DNA of 56,244 nt. It comes from Myxococcota bacterium (GTDB lineage: Bacteria; Myxococcota_A; Polyangia; Polyangiales; Houyiibacteriaceae). Shown piece after piece: positions 49,531 to 56,244 of this stretch. The position numbers and the translations under genes were made by a program. The stretch's first letter is position 1. The number at the start of each line of letters is the position of its first letter. Below the pieces are notes generated by a model. It was not told the DNA's origin and searched no databases. It was given only the letters and a program-made list of their open reading frames with translations. The stretch is taken from NCBI GenBank assembly GCA_025453555.1, contig JALOQC010000009.1, positions 1-56,244 on the forward strand, written 5' to 3'.

Positions 49531-49672
49531 GAAGCTGATGGCCGATGACCGCAAGCCGCCCTGTGGGACGGCGCGCAGCGAGCGGAGCGAGCGAAGGCTC
49601 GTGGGTGGCGGCCCCATCGGGGCTTCATGCCCCGTGGGGGAGGGGCTGGCGACAGACCCTCAAGGAAGCTGA
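49531..49672 (+). repeat. Intergenic multi-hairpin repeat, copy 3
   Basis: Same CCCCATCGGGGC-TTCAT-GCCCCGTGGGG and GCGA-loop CAGACCCTC hairpins; bounded by GAAGCTGA at both ends. Confidence 0.8.
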
Positions 49673-50028
49673 GCAGCAGCTCGCACCGCTCCGCGCTGCT
49701 CTCACCGTCGTCGTAGCAGGCCGAGGTCGAGCCATCCCCCGAATGGGGCGTGAGCGAAACACTTCGACGCTTCGTAATGCTTCGTGCAGACCGCGTGTCA
49801 TCCGCTGCGCGGGTCGCGGTCCTACCTCGTTTGGAGTACGCGCCCCGCGCCGAACCGATCTACGAAATGGGCGTCGGTGGGGTCTAGCGCGCGCCTCGCG
49901 CCCACGTCCGCGCGTGCACGAGACCCCGCCGACTTTTCTATTCGTCGTTGCTCGAGCCGACGGGTGCGGTCGCTTTTTCACCAGACGAGCCGCGCCGCGA
50001 CTGCGGACGACTCTGCTAGGTTCGGCCC

Positions 50029-51747
50029 ATGTCGCCTGCACGCCTCTTCGGACTCGCTCCCTTAGCCCTTCTCGTCGCCGGTTGTGACGGTTCCGACGTC
50101 CGGTGCCCTGGCGCTACCGTCGAAGATCCAGACCTCGGAGCCTGCGTCTGCCCGCCGGGCTCGACGACCATCGAGGGCGGGTACGACTGCGCGTTCGACG
50201 ACGCCGCGGTCGACGCCGACGCGGGTGCCGACGGAGGAACGGACGGTGGCGTCGACGCCACGACGCCGATGGACGCCGGACCGGCCCCGGACGTCCCGCG
50301 TGCCTGGTACCCGTGGAACGGTTACCGCACCGGCAGCGTGCACGGCGCCGCGAACGGCACCCTACGCCCAACCTTCGAGTGGGACGCGGCCGACGGCGCC
50401 ACCGACTACCAGATCCAACTCGACGACTCGTGCACCAGCCCAGGATTCGCGGACTGCGCATTCGACTCCCCCGAGCTCGACGAGCGCACGACCACGACGG
50501 TCTTCCGCCCGGACGCGGACCTCCCGGTGTCGATGTCCGCACCCGTCGGCCGCCGCTACTACTGGCGTGTTCGTGGGTGTCGAGGCGACGTCTGTGGGGA
50601 TTGGTCGCGGGTGATGTACTTGAACGTGGGCCGTACGGAGTGCGATTTGAACGGCGACGGGTACCCCGACTTCGTACCGATCGATGACGAGGATTCAGTC
50701 GACGTGCACTGGGGACAGCCTTCTGGCGGCTACTCGACTACCCGTGTGTGGACCTCCAGGTCCCTCGGACTCACCGGCGAGGTAGGAGGCCCTGGATCTG
50801 GTTCGTTCCCGCTGAGCGCTTCCTGTGCTGGCGACATCGACGGGGACGGACGAGCCGATTTGGTGATCGGAGCTTCCGAGTTCGTCCGCGTCGGCTCATC
50901 TGGGGGCTACGGAAACTCCACCCTGGTGATCGTCCCTGGGGCGATGGAGCTTGGCGCGGGCTCGTATACCATCGCAGACCCGACCGCGACGCCCTTCAAT
51001 CGCTTTGGCTTCGGAGACGGGCCGCTCGATTCCGGAGGAGACATCGACGGTGATGGACTGGATGACATCGTCGTCTCTGCATCACGGCAAGACAACGGAG
51101 ACCTCTTTCGACCCGGTCGCGTCTTCGTCTTCCGTGGAGCTACGCGGGTCAGCGGGATTCCTCATGCGGTGCTGCGTTCACCGAGTGGAGCCACGACTGG
51201 TTTCCTTGGTTTCGCCGTCGTCTCTCGAACCGACGTCGATGGTGACGGAACCAGCGACGTAGCCGCGCTCGCGACGACCGCGGGCGTCCTCGTCTTTGGC
51301 GGGCCCGACCTCGAACTCTTCCGTTTCGACGAGAACTCATCGGTAGAGCGGATGGCCATCGCCGACCTCGATGGCGACCGACGCATGGATGTCGTGAGCG
51401 CATCATTCACGCGGGCGCGATTGGCGCTCGCGCGCGCCCCCGAGCCGATCGAGATCGTCATCGATGGAGCGGTCCGCCCTTGGAGCACCGACATCGATCG
51501 CGACGGGCTCCATGACGTGTTCGTTGGAAACCGACCGCTTCGCGGCTCGAGCTCCGGCATCTTTTCGTTGGGTCCTCGCCCCGGCGACTGCGACGTCATC
51601 GGGTTATTCGATCGAAGCATTGCGATCGATGCATGCTTTGTCGAAGCTGGGATGCCGCAAGCCACGTCCAGTTGGCGCTGGACCGATGGTGGATGGTCCG
51701 GCCCGTCGGCGACAGTGCGGGCGAACCATGGACTCGTGGCGATGTAG
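50029..51747 (+). CDS. FG-GAP (integrin-alpha-like) repeat lipoprotein with an Ig/FN3-like domain
   Basis: LVAGC lipobox, DAG linker, PTFEW....GA..Y.IQ / YYWRVR domain, several D(L/I)(N/D)GDG..D repeats. Confidence 0.82.
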   Translation: MSPARLFGLAPLALLVAGCDGSDVRCPGATVEDPDLGACVCPPGSTTIEGGYDCAFDDAAVDADAGADGGTDGGVDATTPMDAGPAPDVPRAWYPWNGYRTGSVHGAANGTLRPTFEWDAADGATDYQIQLDDSCTSPGFADCAFDSPELDERTTTTVFRPDADLPVSMSAPVGRRYYWRVRGCRGDVCGDWSRVMYLNVGRTECDLNGDGYPDFVPIDDEDSVDVHWGQPSGGYSTTRVWTSRSLGLTGEVGGPGSGSFPLSASCAGDIDGDGRADLVIGASEFVRVGSSGGYGNSTLVIVPGAMELGAGSYTIADPTATPFNRFGFGDGPLDSGGDIDGDGLDDIVVSASRQDNGDLFRPGRVFVFRGATRVSGIPHAVLRSPSGATTGFLGFAVVSRTDVDGDGTSDVAALATTAGVLVFGGPDLELFRFDENSSVERMAIADLDGDRRMDVVSASFTRARLALARAPEPIEIVIDGAVRPWSTDIDRDGLHDVFVGNRPLRGSSSGIFSLGPRPGDCDVIGLFDRSIAIDACFVEAGMPQATSSWRWTDGGWSGPSATVRANHGLVAM

Positions 51748-52037
51748 CCCTGGGCGAGAGTTCGCCGATCCTTGATGCTTGTTCAGCCAGAACCGAAACT
51801 GCACCGTTGGCAGGGGCTGAATGATCTCGATTTCAGCGACCGGGTAACACTTTGCTCGACGTTGCTCACCGGTGATAAACGAGAGTCGCGAGTGTCTTCG
51901 GCAAAAATTCTGAGCCCAACGTCATTGTCTGGCAGACCAAGGGCGAGCAAAGGCGAAAGCCAAGCGTCTTCGCAACAATGCGGGAGGCTTGGCTCTGGCG
52001 GGGAAACCGTTGGCTTGTGCCGGGAATCCTGCGGAGG

Positions 52038-52757
52038 TCAGTCGCAGTTCACGAACCGCGCAGTCGAGTCGTAGCTCGACGCGCTCGTTCCGGAGGTCGA
52101 CGGGAGGCGGACGATGGCCCCGTTGGTGGGTGACGGAGTGCAATCACCGCTCCAGCGACCGACCGACGGCATGCTTGCGAGGCCTCGCCGACCGCCGCCG
52201 TCGCCCCAACAGACGTAGTCCACCATGAAGTCGCCATTTCCAAAGGACGGTCGCATCCCGCCGGGACGGAAGTAGAACGCGAGCTCGCCATCCGTGAGGT
52301 TTTGGAGCCAGCCGGAGTCTGGAAGCTCGATGGTCGCACGCGAGCGGGCTGCAACGCGCGTGAGTCCCAGGCCGTTCATGTTGGGGTCGTACGTCGGGAA
52401 ATCGCAGAAATACGCGCCCGCCTCGACGACGTACTCCTCGTCATTCGGGTTGAAGACTTCGACCGTCGAGGTTGCGAAGTCGATCTGCGAGATGATCAAC
52501 GTCTCATCCCCCGTCGGCATCAGGTCCGGGCAGCTTCCGCCTCCGCCGCCGTCCACGCTTCCCGCGTCTTCTTCGGGGCCCGCGTCCTCGTCCGGGCCCG
52601 CGTCGTCGTCGTCGGGGCCGGCGTCCGTGCCGCCTCCCGCGTCGCGCGAGCCCGCGTCGCGCATGCCGGCGTCGGTGCCGGGGCCGACGGGGCCGTCGTC
52701 GTCGCCGCAGCCGAAGGCGAGGCCGGTGAGAAGCGTGAGGCCGAGGATGAATCGCAT
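52038..52757 (-). CDS. Hypothetical lipoprotein
   Basis: LAFGC lipobox, CGDDD, DAG-rich linker and a compact C-terminal domain (LIISQI...VEVFNP...DYVCWG). Confidence 0.7.
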   Translation of the reverse strand: MRFILGLTLLTGLAFGCGDDDGPVGPGTDAGMRDAGSRDAGGGTDAGPDDDDAGPDEDAGPEEDAGSVDGGGGGSCPDLMPTGDETLIISQIDFATSTVEVFNPNDEEYVVEAGAYFCDFPTYDPNMNGLGLTRVAARSRATIELPDSGWLQNLTDGELAFYFRPGGMRPSFGNGDFMVDYVCWGDGGGRRGLASMPSVGRWSGDCTPSPTNGAIVRLPSTSGTSASSYDSTARFVNCD

Positions 52758-52943
52758 GGGGAAGCTCCGTGAAAACGAGGTCGCGCGGATGTCCGCGACG
52801 GGCATGTGTCCCGAACGCATGAGATCGGGTCCCAGGGTGCCTCACGCCCGTGTGGGAGTGACAGTTAATCGCGGTTAACCGCGATCGCGCTCGTCGAACG
52901 CGGTGTTCGGACTCGGTCCGGGTCTGGTCGCAGTCGTAGTCCC

Positions 52944-53081
<138 letters not shown>

Positions 53082-53123
53082 ACGCCGAACTCGCCTCCGC
53101 TCCGACGCCGGAACGGAGCACCC

Positions 53124-53154
53124 AAAACGAAAACGGCCCCCTCTCGGAGGCCGT
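53124..53154 (-). terminator. Rho-independent terminator
   Basis: Minus strand ACGGCCTCC-GAGA-GGGGGCCGT-TTTCGTTTT, just after the stop of 53182..53598. Confidence 0.75.
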
Positions 53155-53181
53155 CTCGGCTTTACGTGATGGATTGCCCGC

Positions 53182-53598
53182 TCAGTCCGCTGGCGTCACG
53201 TCCTGGCGGACCACGATGATCTCGCTCGGCGAGGCCACCGTCGCGTCGACCTCGGCGGTCACGATCACCTGGAACTCCTGGTGCGGCGTGGTCGCGCGCA
53301 TGCGGCCCGTGCGGTCGTCGCCGTCGAACTCCAGGCGGCCCGCCATCGTCGGCGCGGCGCCCTGCGGCTTGATCCACACGATGTAGACCGTCGCGCCCTG
53401 CGAGATGCGGTCGGGCGGCGGCAGGTGCTCGAGCGTCACCGACACCATGCGGTTCCCCTCGATCTCCTCGACGATCACGGTGCCGTCGGCGCCCGCGGCG
53501 CGCTCGGTGCCGGTGACCACGTATTCCTGCGGTCCGCCACAGCCGAGGGCGAGCAGCACGGCGCTGAAGCTCACGATGCGGATGATGTTTCGAAGCAT
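53182..53598 (-). CDS. Small lipoprotein, possibly with an RskA C-terminal-like fold
   Basis: GGAGGAG-like RBS (CGAGGAGAACGAC-ATG), LALGC lipobox, LPPP...VYIVWI...P..AGRL...V.VTAE. Confidence 0.7.
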   Translation of the reverse strand: MLRNIIRIVSFSAVLLALGCGGPQEYVVTGTERAAGADGTVIVEEIEGNRMVSVTLEHLPPPDRISQGATVYIVWIKPQGAAPTMAGRLEFDGDDRTGRMRATTPHQEFQVIVTAEVDATVASPSEIIVVRQDVTPAD

Positions 53599-53904
53599 GT
53601 CGTTCTCCTCGCCGCGCCGGACCGCGGCTCGTCCGCGTCGGTCCGCGAACGGTGTGCTCTTCGATAGCCGATCCGCGGCGCCACGGGAAGAGCCGCGTTT
53701 CGTGAGTCGCGGGAACGTCGCCGTAAGCAGCGTGGGGTCGGCGGCCATCCGCGTGAACGGGTGCCCGTCGATTCGGTGTCACCGCGTGACGGTGCGACTC
53801 GCGACGCCACGCCGTGCGACCTGCGGCTCACCGCTCACCGCACCGCTCACCGCTCACCGCCCACTGATCACGAGAACAGTCGAAGTGTGCGACCCGTTCA
53901 TCAT

Positions 53905-53940
53905 AAAGAGAAACGCCGCCCCGGGTGAGGGCGGCGTTTC
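53905..53940 (-). terminator. Rho-independent terminator downstream of the fasciclin gene
   Basis: 12-bp stem GAAACGCCGCCC/GGGCGGCGTTTC followed by TCTTT on the minus strand. Confidence 0.75.
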
Positions 53941-54001
53941 GAGGGATCGGAAGGGTTCCGACATCGGAGGTCCGGGGGGATGGCCCTCCGAATCACTTGG
54001 C

Positions 54002-55447
54002 TCAGGTGGGCGGGAGGAGGACCGCGTCGATGACGTGGACCACGCCGTTGCCGGTGACGATGTCGACCGCCGTGATGCCCGCGCCCTCGACGGTCGGCGG
54101 GGTCGCGTCGGCGTCGATCGTGACGTCGGCGCCGTTGAGGGTCTCGACGTCGCCGTTCTCCAGGTCGGCCGAGATCACCGCGCTGCCGATGACGTGGTAG
54201 AGGAGCACGTCGCGGACCGCTTCCGCCGACGCGCCCTCGAGCGCATCCGCGGCCGCCGTGAAGGCGTCGTTGGTGGGCGCGAAGACCGTGAGGTTCGTGC
54301 CGGGCGCGCGGTTGTTCAGGGCCGCGAGGACGGAGACGGGGGGCGAGCCCGGGATGTCCGCCGCCGCGCCGACGGTCTCGACGAGCGTGCTGAGGCTCGG
54401 CGTGATCGAGGCGACCTGCGCGATGGTGGGCGGAAGGAGGACGCGGTCGATGACGTGCACGACGCCGTTGGTGGTGCGGACGTCGGCGATGACGACGTTC
54501 GCGCCGAACGCGCCTTCACCGGCGCTGCCGCCGTTGATGGCGACGCCGCTCGTGGTGTCGAAGAAGAGGTTCATGCCGAGGCGCTCGGCGCCCGTGCGGC
54601 TCGCGAGGTACGGCGCGGGGGCCGCGGCGCGCGCGGTCGCCGGGATGGCGCTCGAGAGGACCTCCATGTTCAGGAGCACGTGGTAGAAGAGGACGCCCTG
54701 GAGCGTCGCGTCGGGGAGGTCGGCCGGGCCATCGACTCCGAGCGCGCCGTAGAGGCCGGTGAACGCGTCGTTGACGGGCGCGAAGACGGTGAACGTCAGG
54801 CCGGAGGTGGGATCCGAGAGGATCTCCGGAACGGTCGCGCCGCCGAGCGCTTCGACGGGGCCCGCTTCGGTGGCGGCCGCGAGGAGCGACGTGAGGCCCG
54901 CGTGACCGGCCGCATCGACGATCGACGGCGGCAGGAGCACCGCGTCGATGACGTGGATGATGCCGTTGTCCGCGACGATGTCCGCCGTCGTCACCATCAC
55001 GCCGCTGTTGAGCGTGACCGAGGTGCCGGAGCGCGTGACGAAGAGCGTGAGCTCGTTGAGCGAGAGCGGGCGGTTGAGGCCTTCCGCGAGGTCCGTGGAG
55101 CGAACCGCGCCGGAGACGACGTGGTACTGGAGGACCTGCGAGAGCGCGTCACCCTCGGGGATCGCTTCGAGCGCTTCGAACGCCGCGTTGGTGGGCGCGA
55201 AGACGGTGAAGGGGCCTTCGCCCGCGAGGTCGTCGTCGAGGCCGGCCGCCTGGAGCGCGCCGACGAGGGTCGAGAAGTCCGGGTTGCCCGCGGCGATGTC
55301 GACGATGGTGTTGCCGGCAACCGCGCCGTCGGTGCCGCCGCCGTCGCTCCCGCCGTCGGGGGTCGGGGTGGGGCCGTCGTCGTCGCCGCAGCCCGTGAGG
55401 CCGAGGGCGAGGGCGCCGAAGAGTGACAAAAAGCGAATCGTTTTCAT
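54002..55447 (-). CDS. Fasciclin (FAS1) domain lipoprotein with three FAS1 repeats
   Basis: LTGC lipobox; three TVFAP.N.AF / L.YHV / NG(V/I).HVID.VLLPP sets. Confidence 0.93.
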   Translation of the reverse strand: MKTIRFLSLFGALALGLTGCGDDDGPTPTPDGGSDGGGTDGAVAGNTIVDIAAGNPDFSTLVGALQAAGLDDDLAGEGPFTVFAPTNAAFEALEAIPEGDALSQVLQYHVVSGAVRSTDLAEGLNRPLSLNELTLFVTRSGTSVTLNSGVMVTTADIVADNGIIHVIDAVLLPPSIVDAAGHAGLTSLLAAATEAGPVEALGGATVPEILSDPTSGLTFTVFAPVNDAFTGLYGALGVDGPADLPDATLQGVLFYHVLLNMEVLSSAIPATARAAAPAPYLASRTGAERLGMNLFFDTTSGVAINGGSAGEGAFGANVVIADVRTTNGVVHVIDRVLLPPTIAQVASITPSLSTLVETVGAAADIPGSPPVSVLAALNNRAPGTNLTVFAPTNDAFTAAADALEGASAEAVRDVLLYHVIGSAVISADLENGDVETLNGADVTIDADATPPTVEGAGITAVDIVTGNGVVHVIDAVLLPPT

Positions 55448-55649
55448 GCGTGTCCCCTGCTGGTGATCCTGCTGGTGTGGTCGCGAGGCGTCTCGTCAGC
55501 CCGACGCATCTGGTGTGTCGAGGCGAGACGAAACCTGGACATGCTTGTTAGACACTGAGCCGCCGTCGTCAACGTCGACTTAGACAAAAACGTAGACAGG
55601 TGTCTACGAACGCGAACTTGCAGGAAAAATCCACCTGAGGGTCTCAGGC

Positions 55650-56030
55650 CGCTGTCTAGGTTTTGCCGCAGGTGGCAAAAAGGGTGGATCCTTCGACGGC
55701 GGATGGCTCCGGCAAAAAGGGTGGATCCTTCGACGGCGGATGGATCCTTCGACGGCGGATGGCTCCGGTTGGCTCGGGCGGCGGGCGACGGCATGGATCC
55801 CTCGACGGCGGGCGGAAAAATCGAACCGCGGGCTTCGGGTGCGCTGTCTAGGTTTTGCGTGAGATGGCAAAAAGGGTGGATCCTTCAGGTCGAGGGTTTC
55901 GATGGTTCCGTCGAAGGAAGAGCCGTCGAGGGATCGGCGAGCACCCTTCGAGGCGTCCAAGCGGATCCGTCGAGGGAGCCAGTCGGGCGATCCGCCGAGG
56001 GATTCGGAGCCGTCGAGAAGGGGTCCTTCG
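55650..56030. repeat. Nested direct and inverted repeat cluster
   Basis: GCTGTCTAGGTTTTGC..GGCAAAAAGGGTGGATCCTTC x2, a third GGCAAAAAGGGTGGATCCTTC, TGGATCC(T/C)TCGACGGCGG x4, and inverted CCGTCGA(A/G)GGA copies after 55905. Confidence 0.8.
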
Positions 56031-56100
56031 AGGCGTCGACGGCCGTCCTCTGGATGTCGGACGTCATGGCGTTCCTCGCCTGCGCTTCCATGCTCCCGCC

Positions 56101-56244
56101 ATGAGCGACGACCGCGCGCGTTGGAACGGTGCCCGCTTCGATCCGGCGGGCAGCTACGAGAGCTGGTTCCTGCGAGCGAACGCGCCGACGTCGGGCGACG
56201 CGTTCTGGATTCGCTACACGCTCTTCGCCGAGGCGCGCGCTCCG
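56101..56244 (+). CDS. Partial CDS (runs off the right edge), possibly tocopherol-cyclase/AttH-like
   Basis: MSDDRARWNGARFDPAGSYESWFLRANAPTSGDAFWIRYTLF...; the YE.W(F/Y)...AFWIRYT pattern is recalled from that fold, but only 48 codons are visible. Confidence 0.5.
   Translation, partial: MSDDRARWNGARFDPAGSYESWFLRANAPTSGDAFWIRYTLFAEARAP

Noticed and set aside
44447-49617. 1075-aa and 861-aa antisense ORFs
   Set aside because: Antisense to the well-supported PHP hydrolase and sctV genes.
53826-53860. (GCTCACC)n heptamer run
   Set aside because: Short simple repeat with no supportable function.
55650-55890. CRISPR-like direct repeats
   Set aside because: Irregular spacing, nested units and no unique spacers of uniform length.

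Overview
High-GC bacterial chromosomal window. Gene content (MYXO-CTERM anchors, Myxococcus cysteine-rich repeats, Hanks-type kinases, many DAG-linker lipoproteins) points to Myxococcota, probably Polyangia/Sandaracinaceae-like; this is inferred from gene content only. It holds about 38 credible CDSs. Housekeeping/metabolic genes: nth, sahR-like regulator plus ahcY, tdk, two hotdog thioesterases, a GMC oxidoreductase with a Tat/cytochrome c partner, a DprE1-like oxidase and a CDF transporter. Signalling genes: two Ser/Thr kinases, a PP2C-cNMP phosphatase and an AraC regulator. There is an orphan SctV/FlhA and many secreted or lipoproteins with eukaryote-like domains (RCC1, cbEGF, CAP, Kazal/antistasin, FG-GAP, fasciclin). 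The best candidate for an undescribed system is the 23.6-36.4 kb locus: two tandem MYXO-CTERM surface proteins share a paralogous N-terminal CxxCH-containing, temptin-like head on different repeat stalks (8 Asp/Cys repeats versus about 31 cbEGF modules). They are co-oriented with TPR, lipoprotein, TerB-like and CAP genes and lie opposite a diheme cytochrome lipoprotein. Non-coding highlights are a three-copy multi-hairpin intergenic element, a TAGACA motif cluster with nested repeats at 55.5-56.0 kb, and a GGTCTC/CGTCTC microsatellite. No rRNA, tRNA, CRISPR array or transposase was recognised. All family calls are from motif recognition by eye; no searches were run.
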